Shown here: piece after piece, positions 52,501-62,827 of the stretch
How the letters are laid out: each line of letters starts with the position of its first letter
Position numbering within the stretch: position 1 is the stretch's first letter
Assembly: GCA_963790305.1 (NCBI GenBank)
Contig: CAWBOC010000003.1
Location: forward strand, 64,001-128,000
Origin: an uncultured Gemmatimonadaceae bacterium
GTDB taxonomy: Bacteria > Gemmatimonadota > Gemmatimonadetes > Gemmatimonadales > Gemmatimonadaceae
Direction: 5' to 3'
DNA length: 64,000 nucleotides
Translations under genes and position numbers: made by a program
Notes under the pieces: model-generated
What the model saw: the letters and a program-made list of their open reading frames with translations, nothing else
What the model was told of the DNA's origin: nothing
Database searches by the model: none

Positions 52501-52764
52501 GAGGGTCCAGGTTTGGTCGAGCGAAAAGCTAACTGGAGAAACGGCAAAGATGACAGAGCATTCAGAATGCTGAGGTAACTCGAGGAATCGAGTGACACGA
52601 GGCGCGACGGCCGTCCCGTCGCGCACGTCGTAGCGTCTTGATCCGCATTCGAGCATTCCTGAACGTCTCGTCATCTTTGCCGTCTCACGAACTCAACGGG
52701 TTTGACCAGCGACGCGTGCCACGCGCAATTTACCGCGCGCCAATACCCCAAGAGCCTCGTACCC

Positions 52765-54831
52765 ATGCGGAAGCCGCTGTCGATCCTCGGGTGGACCGCC
52801 GTTTCGTTGCTCGGCGCGGGCGCGTTCGCGTGGCTCGCGCTCTCGCGTGGCGAGACGGTGAGCGCCGCGTGGCTCCTCATCGCCGCGCTGTGCACGTACG
52901 CGGTCGCCTACCGGTTCTACAGCCGGATCATCGCCGCGAAAGTCTTCGCCCTCGACGCGCGGCGCCCAACACCATCGCAGCGACTCGAGGATGGGTGCGA
53001 CTACGTTCCCACCAATCGGTGGATCGTCTTCGGACATCACTTCGCCGCGATCGCGGGACCTGGGCCCGCTCGTCGGACCAACCCTGGCGGCGCAGTTCGG
53101 CTTCCTCCCCGGCGCACTCTGGATCATCGTCGGCGTCGCGCTCGGCGGCGCCGTGCAGGATTTCGTCATCCTCGCCTCGTCCGTTCGGCGCAACGGGAAA
53201 TCGCTCGGGCAAATGGCGAAGGACGAGATTGGTCCGGTCGCAGGTTTCACCGCGCTCGTCGCCGTCCTGGGCATCATGATCGTGCTCATCTCCGTGCTGG
53301 CGCTCGTGGTGGTGAACGCACTGCGCGCGAGCCCGTGGGGAACCGTGACGATCGCGCTGACCATTCCGATCGCGATGCTGCTCGGCGTCTACCTCCGCTG
53401 GATTCGTCCCGGGAAAGTACTCGAGGCGTCGGCGATCGGGGCTCGTGCTGCTGGTATTGTCCGTGTACGCCGGACAGTGGGTGGCGGCCCGGCCCGCGCT
53501 CGCCGAGGTGTTCACGCTCGAGGGAACGACGCTGGCGTGGTGGATCATGGCGTACGGGTTCGCCGCCTCGGTGCTGCCGGTGTGGCTGCTGCTCGCGCCG
53601 CGCGATTACCTGTCGGCGTTCGTGAAGATCGGTGTGGTCGTCGCGCTTGGCGTTAGGCATCATGATCTCGCTTCCCCCGCTCCAGATGCCCGCGCTCACC
53701 CAGTTCGTCGATGGCACGGGGCCGATTTTCGCCGGCAAGGTGTTCCCCTTCGCGTTCATTACCATTGCGTGCGGCGCCATCTCGGGGTTCCACGCGCTCG
53801 TGGCCTCGGGAACCACCCCGAAGATGCTGGAGAACGAGACCGACGCACGCCCCATCGGCTACGGCGCAATGCTGATGGAATCGCTGGTGGCCGTGATGGC
53901 ACTGATCGCAGCGTGCGTCCTCACGCCGGGACTGTACTTCGCGATCAATGCGCCGGTGGCTGCGCTGGGAACAACGGCGGAATCCGCGGCGACCGCGATC
54001 GCTCAATGGGGATTCGCGATCACGCCGGCCGAGATTCACGCCGTCGCCGCGCAGGTGGGTGAGGAGACGATGCTCTCGCGTACCGGCGGAGCGCCAAGCC
54101 TCGCTGTCGGAATGGCCAACATCTTCTCGCAGGTCCTCGGCGGGAGCGGCGCGATGGCGCTCTGGTACCACTTCGCCATCATGTTCGAGGCGCTGTTCAT
54201 CCTGACCACCCTCGACGCGGGCACGCGCGTGGGCCGCTTCATGCTTCAGGATCTCGGCCGTCACGTGTGGGAGCCGTTCGGCCGCGTCTCATGGTATCCG
54301 GCCATCGTGCTGTCGAGCGCGATCTTCGTCGCGATGTGGGGCCACTTTCTCTATCAGGGCGTCACCGATCCCCTGGGCGGCATCAACTCGCTCTGGCCGC
54401 TCTTCGGCATCGCGAACCAGCTGCTCGCGGCGGTCGCGCTGTGCGTGGGAACGACGGTCATCATCAAGATGGGGAAGGGTCGTTATGCGCCGATCACCCT
54501 GCTCCCACTCGCCTGGCTGGTGGTGGTGACGATGGTCGGCGGATGGGCGAAGATCTTCTCCGACGACCCGCGGCTGGGCTTTCTTGCCCACGCGCGCCTG
54601 CTGGCGGATCAGCTCGCATCAGGCGTCCTGCCGCGCGGGGCAGCCGACGCCGCGGCGGCCGCGCGCATGATCTTCAACGATCGCCTCGACGCCGCGGTCG
54701 CCGCGTTCTTCATGATCGCCGTCTTGGTGATTCTCGCCGACTCGGCGAAGGAGTGGGTGGCCGTCCTTCGAGGGCGGAAGCCGGCGCGAAGCACGGAAGT
54801 GCCTTTCGAGGCTGGTTTGCTCGCTGACTAG
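52765..54831 (+). CDS. cstA: Carbon starvation protein CstA (peptide/pyruvate transporter), three frameshifts
   Basis: FGHHFAAIAGPG/PLVGP, LPVWLLLAPRDYLS, ACGAISGFH, FEALFILTTLDAGTR, LWPLFGIANQLLA. +1 shifts near 53065, 53440 and 53646. Confidence 0.93.
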
Positions 54832-54896
54832 AACGCGGAATGCGGAATGCGGATAGGAATTGAAACCCTTCTTCCGCGTTCCGCATTCCGAATTCG
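54831..54896. repeat. Inverted pair of GCGGAAT heptamer arrays
   Basis: GAACGCGGAATGCGGAATGCGGA...TTCCGCGTTCCGCATTCCGAATTC, starting at the cstA stop. Confidence 0.85.
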
Positions 54897-54904
54897 ACCG
54901 CCGT

Positions 54905-55454
54905 CTAGTGCGCTACGGCGTACGTCGAGAGGTGCGTCGTCAGGAACCCCAGGGTCGCGTTTCGCCGGTCGTGCACTGTCGGCATCCGCTCCAACGAGGG
55001 CGTCGGTAGCGTCGTCGACGTGCCAGACGGTCACGGTTCCGCGCAGAAACTCCTGGCGCGAGCAGTGGGCATACCCTATCATGACCGCGATAGGGCGGGC
55101 AAAGCCGAAGCGCTCGCTGCCCCGGGCGGTGATGCGCACGCGAAGCGTGCGGCCGGCAAGGGGCTGAATCGTGAAGCGGGTGGGGGTGCGAACGGCTTCG
55201 GGAGGGATGAAGACCACGGCCGAGCCGGCGGAGAGAACGCCTCCCTCGGGGCCGATGGTGGTCGAAGCAGTGGCGGAGATGTCGGATCCGCACGGCGCCA
55301 GCCAGGTATCAGGCCGGGCGGCCGTCCGCGCGGAGAGGGAGGGCTGAGGCGCGAGGGAGCTCGTTGGCTCCATGTCGCCGCAGCCGGCGCCAAGCGCCAG
55401 CAGTAGCGCAGGCATGGCCACGGTTAGGCCCGAGGGGCGGTTCGATGAGGACAT
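54905..55454 (-). CDS. Hypothetical lipoprotein (ZU5-like IGPEGG motif), frameshift near 54991
   Basis: LGAGC lipobox-like, TIGPEGGVL...IPPEAV, YAHC. A +1 shift restores the ending FLTTHLSTYAVAH*. Confidence 0.7.
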
Positions 55455-55598
55455 CTCGTGCTCCTGTAGGGTCTACAGGAGCGACGCGAGGCAGGAGCAG
55501 GGAGCAACCGGTCAGTCTGTCGCGGGGAGTATTCGGTGTCGAAGTCTCGTGCGGCGAATTGCCGGGGCGCGTACGCGTCCACTTGACAGGGGGCAGAC

Positions 55599-56570
55599 GT
55601 GATTGCGTCGGAGCGCGAGCAGCTCGAGGAAGGGCTGCGTCTGCAGAAGGCGGGACTGCTCGAGGAAGCGTTGCAGCTCTACGACGCCGCCTCGCGCAGT
55701 GGGGACGGGACCATCCGCGCGTTGGCCCTCTGCCGCAAGGCCGACCTGTATCGCGTGTGGTCGCGCTGGGAGCAGGCGGCCGATTCCGCCCGCGAGGGCG
55801 CCGCCGTCGCTCGCAAGGCGGGTGAGTACTCGATCTACGCCGAGGCGATCAACGCCGAGGCGAACGTCTATCACCAGCGTGGCGAGTTCGACGCGGCCCT
55901 GCCGCTGTACGAACGTGTTCTCGAGCTTCCGGTCGATGACCGCATTCGCGGGCTTGCGCTCCAGAACATGGGCTCGATTGCCGCGCAGCGCGACGACCTC
56001 GACGCCGCCGAACGCTTCTTTCTCGATTCGTATTGGCACTTCCGGCGCGCGGGATACGATTGGGGCGTCGCGTTCGTGCTCAACAACCAGGCGGCGGCCG
56101 CGCTCGATCGCGGACGCTATTCGAGCGCCGCGACCATCGCTCGCCAGGCGATGGAGGCCGCGCGCCAAGTCGATGACTTCGAGCTGCTGGGCATCGCGAC
56201 GTTGAATTACGCGGAGGCTCTCGCCGCGCAGGATGATCTTCCGCACGCCGAATCGCTCGCCGCTGGCGCGCTTGGCTTCTTCGTGCTGGCAAAAAGCGAC
56301 GTCCATCGCGCCCAGTGTCTACGGGTATTGGGCGACATCTACGTGCGCCGCGGAGAGACCTCGCGCGCCCGCGCCTGCTACATGCAGGGACTCGAGGTCG
56401 CAGTGCCGCTCGGATCGCGCTTCGACACCGACAAGTTGCGGGGGCGGCTGGCGCGGCTTGGCTCCAGCGACGTGGCGGCCGATCTTAGCGTCGCCGACGA
56501 GCGCCGACCCGACGTGCGCCGGCCGGGTGAGCACCCCAACGACGAGGCGACGCAGTCGCCGCCGGCATGA
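55599..56570 (+). CDS. Tetratricopeptide repeat protein
   Basis: Repeated helical units such as NVYHQRGEFDAALPLYE, ALQNMGSIA and LRVLGDIY. Confidence 0.85.
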   Translation: MIASEREQLEEGLRLQKAGLLEEALQLYDAASRSGDGTIRALALCRKADLYRVWSRWEQAADSAREGAAVARKAGEYSIYAEAINAEANVYHQRGEFDAALPLYERVLELPVDDRIRGLALQNMGSIAAQRDDLDAAERFFLDSYWHFRRAGYDWGVAFVLNNQAAAALDRGRYSSAATIARQAMEAARQVDDFELLGIATLNYAEALAAQDDLPHAESLAAGALGFFVLAKSDVHRAQCLRVLGDIYVRRGETSRARACYMQGLEVAVPLGSRFDTDKLRGRLARLGSSDVAADLSVADERRPDVRRPGEHPNDEATQSPPA

Positions 56571-56749
56571 AGAGCGTGCTGGCAGTGATCGCGCACGCAC
56601 TGCGCGTCGTCGCCGGTGCACCGCGATACGACGCGTACCGCGCACACATCGCGCGACACCATCCGCAGCGCGAGCCAATGTCGCGCGCCGAGTTCGAGCG
56701 CGCGCGGCTCGACGATCGATATTCGAAACCGGGGGCGAAATGCTGTTAA
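56567..56749 (+). CDS. YbdD/YjiX (DUF466) CstA-associated small protein
   Basis: GAPRYDAYRAH...HP..EPMSRAEF...RY...CC* signature. Confidence 0.88.
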   Translation: MKSVLAVIAHALRVVAGAPRYDAYRAHIARHHPQREPMSRAEFERARLDDRYSKPGAKCC

Positions 56750-57363
56750 GGATTGCGGAATGCGGATTGCGGGTTTCATGCGTGCTGGTCCTGTGGGCAC
56801 TCACCCTTCCCGCGCAAGAAGCGACCACGACTCCCACGGCCCCGAGCCTGACCGTCGAGCAGCAGATCACGGTCGCGGTGCTTCCGCTTCCCAACGACTT
56901 GCGCGCTGGCGCCACGGTGCTCGGCTACGGAACGGACGGAAAGCTCGCCCCGCTGCGCAAGGGAACGGGGGACATGACGTGCCTGGCGCCCAACAAGACC
57001 GCGTCGCGCTTTCACGTCGCCTGCTACCACAACTCGCTCGAGCCGTTCATGGCGCGTGGGCGTGCACTTCGCACGAGCGGTGTGAATGGAGACGCGGTCG
57101 ACAGCGCGCGTTTCCGTGAGATCAAGGCGGGGCAGCTCGCGGTTCCCAAGGGCCCGGCGTCGCTTTATTCGCTCACCGGTGATTGGAGCACCCTCGACGC
57201 GACGGCGCTGACCGCCAATGGCGCGCGCAGGCTGTTCGTCGTCTACATCCCGTTCGCGACATCGCAAACGACGGGACTCTCCGACAAGCCCGCGCGCGGA
57301 ACACCCTGGATCATGGGCGCCGGGACACCCAAGGCGCACATCATGTTCGTGCCGGAGATGTAG
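56740..57363 (+). CDS. Exported hypothetical protein
   Basis: Signal peptide then AVLPLP, MTCL, HVACYH, PWIMGAGTPKAHIM. Start is ATG 56740 or TTG 56767. Confidence 0.75.
   Translation: MLLRIAECGLRVSCVLVLWALTLPAQEATTTPTAPSLTVEQQITVAVLPLPNDLRAGATVLGYGTDGKLAPLRKGTGDMTCLAPNKTASRFHVACYHNSLEPFMARGRALRTSGVNGDAVDSARFREIKAGQLAVPKGPASLYSLTGDWSTLDATALTANGARRLFVVYIPFATSQTTGLSDKPARGTPWIMGAGTPKAHIMFVPEM
56751..56772. repeat. Short GCGGAWT heptamer run
   Basis: GATTGCGGAATGCGGATTGCGG immediately after the ybdD stop. Confidence 0.55.
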
Positions 57364-58535
57364 CGCTCGGAACGACGATCCACAGGCCGATACTCGCCAG
57401 CATCGCGGCCGCTGCGCCGACACTGAAGGCGGTGAACGCGCCGAAGCGATCGTACATGGCTCCAAAAATCACCGACGCCGGGAGTGCGCCGAGTCCGATG
57501 GCGAGGTTGTACCAGCCGAAGGCTGCGCCTCGTCGCGAGGCGGGCACGATGTCGGCGACGAGCGCACGCTCGACGCCCTCGGTGAGCCCGAAGTACACTC
57601 CGTAGATCGCGAACAGCACCCAGATGTGCCACGCGTCGGTGGCATGACCGAACATCAGGTAGACGAGAGCATAGACCATCCACCCGGCGACGATCACCGG
57701 CTTGCGTCCGCGCCGGTCGGAGAGAATGCCGCCGGGAGTACTCGAGAGCGATTTCACGAGATGCAGCATCGCCCAGAGTACCGGCAAAAGCGCGGCGCCC
57801 ACCCCGAGCTCAGTCGCGCGGAGCAGGAGGAAGGCGTCGGTCGAGTTGCCTAACGTGAAGAGCAGCAGCACCGCGAGGTAGGCGAAGAAGCGACGACCCA
57901 AAGGTGCTGAGAGGCGCTGGAGGCGCTAGAGGCGCTAGAGGCGCTGGAGGCGCTGGAGGCGCTGGGCGGGGCTCACGAACACCGAGGATCAGCGTGATCA
58001 CGGCGACCGCGGCGGGGATCGCGGCCAGCCAGAAGATCGTGCGGACGCCCACCCCCATCCGCGACATCAGGATGTACACGATGAGTGGACCGATCACTGC
58101 GCCGGCGTGGTCTGCGGCGCGGTGAAACCCGAACGCCCGTCCCCGCAGTGCGGGATCGACCGAATCGGCGATGAGCGCATCGCGCGGCGCCCCGCGAATC
58201 CCCTTCCCCACGCGATCCGTCACTCGAATGAGGAGCACGTGCGCCCCGGTCTGCGCGATCGCCACGAGCGGGCGAACGGCCGACGCGAGCGCATATCCGG
58301 CGACGACCAGCGGCTTGCGTCGCCGGGTGCGATCGGACAGCCACCCGCTCGCCAGCTTGAGCAGTGCGGAAACGGAGTCCGCGGCTCCCTCGATAGCCCC
58401 GACGAAGGCGGCGCTCGCGCCGAGCGTCGCCGTCAGGAACAGCGGGAGGAGCGGATAGATCATCTCGCTCGACGCGTCGGTGAAGAAGCTCACCGCGGCC
58501 AGGGCGAGGACGTTTCGACCGAGCGCGGGCCTCAC
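57341..58535 (-). CDS. MFS transporter, frameshift near 57900
   Basis: SFFTDASSEMIYPLLP, GWLSDR, DRVGKGIRGAPRDALIAD. Removing one T joins it to LFTLGNSTDAFLLLR and GILSDRRGRK. Confidence 0.9.
57910..57965. repeat. In-frame GAGGCGCTR nonamer array inside the MFS central loop
   Basis: Six units GAGGCGCT(G/A) encoding PAPPAPPAPLAPLAPPAPL on the minus strand. Confidence 0.9.
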
Positions 58536-58549
58536 ACGTCAAGGTGCGT

Positions 58550-60137
58550 TCACGCCAGCCCCATCCCCCACCGCGCCAGGGGCGTCGGCAGCGCGCCGTA
58601 CGACAGCAGCTCATCGTGGAAGGCGCGCAGGGAGAACATCGCGCCGCGCGCCTCGCGCGCGTCGTCGCGCAGGCGCAGGATCTCACGACGGCCGACCGCG
58701 TAGCAGAGCTGATAGGTGGGAAACGCGCAGTAGCGAACGGCCTCCGCGCGTGCGGCGCCCTCCTCGAGGCCGAGCTCGTCACGCAGGATCGCCGAGGCGG
58801 TGTCGACCGTCATGCCCTTCGTGTGCAGCGACACGTCGAGAATCACCCGCAGGGCGCGCCACAGCAGGTGGTGCACCTGGAAGAAGCGGGCGGCGGGATC
58901 GCTGATGAAGCCCTGCTCGGCCATGAGGTTCTCGCAGTACAGCGCCCAGCCCTCCTGCGACGCCGGACTCGCCAGGACGCGTCGCACCGGCCGCGGCAGC
59001 GTACACGCCGTCACGATCTGGAGATGGTGGCCGGGAATACCCTCGTGCAGCGCCGTGCTGGGCAGCTCGGCGCGGCAGTGCAGCCGCCATGGCTCGTTAG
59101 GCTGCGGCAGGGTGACGAAGAAGGTACCACGCGCATCGCCGTCGAAGGCGGCCGGTCCCTGGTAGGCGGCGAACGGGATGAGGGCGCGAAGGAAGTCGGG
59201 CGTCGGCGCGACGACGAGCTCTCCCTCGGGGACGGTGACCAGCCCACGCTCGGCGGTGAAGTCGAGCGCCGCCCGCATCGCGCTTCGATACTCGTCCACG
59301 GCCGTGTCACGGGTCGGCGTGTCCTCGCGCAGGACGCGCACGACGTCGCGCCACGGCGTATTCGGGACGAAGCTCGGCCGCGAGACGCTCGAGCTCGGCA
59401 ATCGCTTCGGCGCGCAATCGCTCGCCGAAGCGCAGGAGCTCGTCGGCGTTCTCACGGATCATGTGCGCGGTGTGGAGCTTGAGGTCGAACAGCTCACGCC
59501 CCAACCCGAAGTTCCCTTCCTCGGTCGGCTCCAGGAGCGCAAGCGCATCTCCAAAACGGTGAAGCGCATCCACCGCCGTGTCGCGCGCTTCGGCGAGCGC
59601 AATTGGATCGACGGGAAGATTGACCTTCCCGAGCCCATCGCGAAGCAGCGAGACCCCGCCCGCGATCATGGCTCGCGCCGTATCGAGAAACACGGTCAGC
59701 GGCTCGGTCAGCGCCGCGGCGGCCTCGTCGAGAAAACGCGGCATGGCCTGCACCCGCGCCAGGAGCGCCGCCCCGCGACGCGCCGGATCGCCAGACTGCC
59801 GCGCGAGGAGCAGATGGATGCCGTTCAGTGCATAGAGGAGCGCATGCGTCGGATTGCGTGCGTGCGGCCTCTCGCGCTCGAGGATCAGCAGGTCATGACG
59901 CGCCGCGTGCAGCGTCGCGGTCCGGTCGATCTCGTCGTCGAGGGAGGCGGCCTCGACCTCCTCGAGACTCGCCGTGTACGACCGCAGCGCAGCGGCGTAC
60001 TCGCGCAGCGATGCGGGGTCGAAGCGCGGGAGCTCGGGGTCGAATTCCTGCCGGCCGACGTACGTGCCCTCGACCGGGTTGATACGCCAACGGAGATCGA
60101 GGTACCCCTCGAGAACGTCGGCGAGTGGCTCGCTCAC
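58550..60137 (-). CDS. DUF885 family protein, frameshift near 59365
   Basis: HEGIPGHHLQ, EGWALYCE, WRALRVILDVSLH, FHDELL.YGALP; no signal peptide. Confidence 0.88.
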
Positions 60138-61384
60138 GCCCGCGCGGGCTGCCGTTTTTGTTCGCCGATCATCGCGTGCAGCTCGTCATCGCGGATCACG
60201 CGATTCATCCGCTTGGCCGCATCGAAGAGCAGTTGGCAGAGGGCATCGTCGGCGGGATCGTAGCCGTGCTCTTCGAGCCAGCACTTCACGTTCGAGAGCC
60301 CCGAGACGGGCGAGATCTCGATGCGCTGCGCAAGGCCGAAATCCCCGGCGGGCACTCCGGAGTAAATGCGATCAGCGAGCCAGGCGTGCCCTTTCTTTCG
60401 TGCCTTGATGATCGCGGCGGCGTGCACCCCAGTTCCGGTGCGAAAGGCGTCGTCGCCGAGCACGGGGTAGCTGGGCGGAATCGGGACGCCGCAAGCGCTC
60501 GACGCGAGATGCGAGTACTCGGGGAGCTTGCTGAGGTCGTGCCGGTGCGCGCCGAGCAGCTTGAGATTGATCAGCAGGAGATCCATCTCGGCATTGCCGA
60601 CACGCTCGCCGATGCCTAACGCGGTCCCATGCACGCGGTCGACCCCCTCCTCGATCGCCGCCAGACAGTTGGCGAGCCCGAGTCCGCGGTCGCGGTGGCC
60701 GTGCCAGTCGAGCTTCACGTCCTCGCCGCTGGGGTCGATGATCTCATCGCGTACGAACCGGACGAGTCGACGCACGCCATCGGGCGTCGCGTGCCCAACC
60801 GTATCGGCGAGACAGAGCCGCCGGGCGCCCCACCGAATCGCGTTGCCGTAGAGCGCCTTCAGCGTGTCGGGCGCGGCGCGCGTCGTATCCTCGGTGACGA
60901 ACATGACCGGCAGCCCCTCACCCACGGCGAACGTCACCGCCTCCTCGCTCACGCGCAACATCTTCTCCAGCGTCCAGTCCTCGGCGTACTGGCGAATCGG
61001 CGAGGAGCCGATGAAGGTCGCCGCCTCGATGGGAATGCCGGCCTCCTGCGAGATGCGCGCAACCGGCTCGACGTCGGAGATGACCGTTCGGGCCGCACAG
61101 TTCGCCTCGAGGTCGAGGCCGGCGGCGGCGATCTCCTTGGCGAGCGCCAGCGTATCGGCGCGGGCGCGTGGTCCGGCGCCGGGGAGACCGATGTCAGCGG
61201 ACGCGATCCCGAGGTCGACCATCAGGTGGAGCAGGCGCTTCTTGTCGTCGATGACCGGGTCGGTCACCGACGGGCATTGCAGCCCGTCTCGCAGCGTCTC
61301 GTCGTTGAGCTCGACGTGGCAAGCTCCCCAGTCGAACGGGGCGCCCTGCTGGTTCCAATCGTGGATCAGGTCCTGTTCGCGCAT
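60134..61384 (-). CDS. LeuA/DRE-TIM family Claisen-condensing synthase lacking the C-terminal regulatory domain
   Basis: DETLRDGLQ, EDTTR, LADTVG, HGHRDRG, GIGERVGN, GVHAAA; 416 aa. Confidence 0.88.
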   Translation of the reverse strand: MREQDLIHDWNQQGAPFDWGACHVELNDETLRDGLQCPSVTDPVIDDKKRLLHLMVDLGIASADIGLPGAGPRARADTLALAKEIAAAGLDLEANCAARTVISDVEPVARISQEAGIPIEAATFIGSSPIRQYAEDWTLEKMLRVSEEAVTFAVGEGLPVMFVTEDTTRAAPDTLKALYGNAIRWGARRLCLADTVGHATPDGVRRLVRFVRDEIIDPSGEDVKLDWHGHRDRGLGLANCLAAIEEGVDRVHGTALGIGERVGNAEMDLLLINLKLLGAHRHDLSKLPEYSHLASSACGVPIPPSYPVLGDDAFRTGTGVHAAAIIKARKKGHAWLADRIYSGVPAGDFGLAQRIEISPVSGLSNVKCWLEEHGYDPADDALCQLLFDAAKRMNRVIRDDELHAMIGEQKRQPARA

Positions 61385-61525
61385 GGAGAGAATCTAGAAG
61401 GCGGGCGCTAGAGGCGCTAAGGGCGCTAGAGGGCGCTAGAGGCGCTGCGTCAGGCTTGCAGCGCCCTAGCGCCCCTAGCGCCTCTAGCGCCTCTAGCGCC
61501 CCTAGCGCCTAGATTCACTCCATGC
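61381..61525. repeat. Inverted pair of GAGGCGCTA nonamer arrays spanning the whole divergent intergenic region
   Basis: (GGCGCTAGA)n...(TAGCGCCYC)n; the ends GCATGGAGAGAATCTAG and CTAGATTCACTCCATGC are inverted repeats (16/17). Confidence 0.92.
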
Positions 61526-62711
61526 TCCGGCAGCTCTGGCACCACCCCGCCCTTCGGCAGGCGCGGCTACAGCTCGCGTCACGCGACCAGGACATCGTGC
61601 TCGAGCAGATCGCGGTGTCGGAAATCGCCGCGCCCACGGGCGAAGAAAATGAGCGGGCGCAGTGGGTGGCCCAGCGGTTCGAAGCGCTGAAGCTGAGCGA
61701 CGTACGCATCGACCAAGCGGGCAATGTGATCGGACGACGGCGCGGGAGGACGGATGGCCCCGCGGTGCTCGTATGCGCACATCTCGACACTGTCTTCCCG
61801 CGTCAGACGCGCGTCAGCGTGGCGCGACTCGGGAACCGCCTCGCTGGACCCGGCATCGGCGACAATGGGCGCGGCGTGGCGGCAATGCTGGCCCTCGCTA
61901 CCGCGCTCGACGGCGCGACATTGGTCGACCGAGCGTCCCGTCGATTTCATTGGCACGACCGGTGAGGAAGGCGCCGGCGATCTCCGCGGCGCGAAGCACC
62001 TGTTCGCGCACGAGGGACGCGATGCGGCGGCGGCGGTCATCCTCGACGGCGCGGGGGACGAGCGCATCGTTCATCGTGCTCTCGCGTCTCGCCGCTACCG
62101 ACTGACCTTCGAGGGACCGGGCGGGCACAGCTGGACGGCGTTCGGAGTGCCTAACGCCGTGCACGCCGCGGCGGTCGCGACGGCGCGGCTCGCGCGACTC
62201 GTCCTTCCGACGACGCCGCGCACGACGCTGTCGGTCGGACGCATCGGAGGCGGCATCTCCGTGAACTCCATCCCCGACCGCGCGTGGCTCGAGGTGGACG
62301 CGCGGTCAGCGTCAGCCGGCGATGATCTCGCGCCTCGATCGCGACGTGCGTGAAGCCGCCGCAGCGGGCGCCATGGAGGAAAACGCGCGGCGGGCCGTGG
62401 GCGCGATACCGTTGACGTACACCGTGGAGGTAATCGGCGAGCGACCGGGTGGCGAAACGCCGGTCGATCACCCGCTCGTGCTCGCCGCCATGGAGGCGAC
62501 GCGCCTCATCGGTCGGAACCCCGAGCTCGCGATCGCCTCGACCGACGCCAACATCCCGATCAGCCTCGGCATCCCCGCCGTAGCGATCGGTGCGGGCGGA
62601 CGTGGCGGGGATGCGCACACGCCCGGGGAGTGGTTCGAGAACACCGAGGGCACTCTTGGGTTGAGTCGGGCGCTGGGTGTGGTGGTGAATGCGGCAGGGC
62701 TGGTCGTGTAG
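61522..62711 (+). CDS. M20/M25/M40 family metallo-hydrolase, two frameshifts
   Basis: AHLDTVFP, GPGIGDNGRG, TGEEGAGDLRG, GPGGHSW, STDANIP, AHTPGEW. +1 shifts near 61924 and 62319. Confidence 0.88.
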
Positions 62712-62717
62712 GGGCGC

Positions 62718-62827
62718 AAGAGCATAACCACAGAGGCACAGAGGACACAGAGGAAAACCCGCACTGCAAAGCGCTTTGCAGTGCGGGTCTTCCTCTGTGT
62801 CCTCTGTGCCTCTGTGGTTACGCTCTT
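62718..62827. repeat. Long palindrome built on CACAGAGG repeats (copy 2)
   Basis: 110-bp loopless palindrome with two mismatches, sharing GCATAACCACAGAGGCACAGAGG with the 41.8 kb copy. Confidence 0.95.

Noticed and set aside
52765..54831. Programmed frameshifting or phase variation in cstA and neighbouring genes
   Set aside because: There are several shifts per gene, no slippery heptamers or long homopolymers, and the same +1 pattern occurs in unrelated genes. Sequencing error is the simpler explanation.
55583..55588. TTGACA upstream of the TPR gene as a -35 box
   Set aside because: It is only 10 nt from the start codon, with no -10 hexamer at 16-18 nt spacing.
56567..56749. Selenocysteine in the DUF466 protein
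   Set aside because: The gene ends TGC TGT TAA (Cys-Cys-stop); there is no in-frame TGA to recode.
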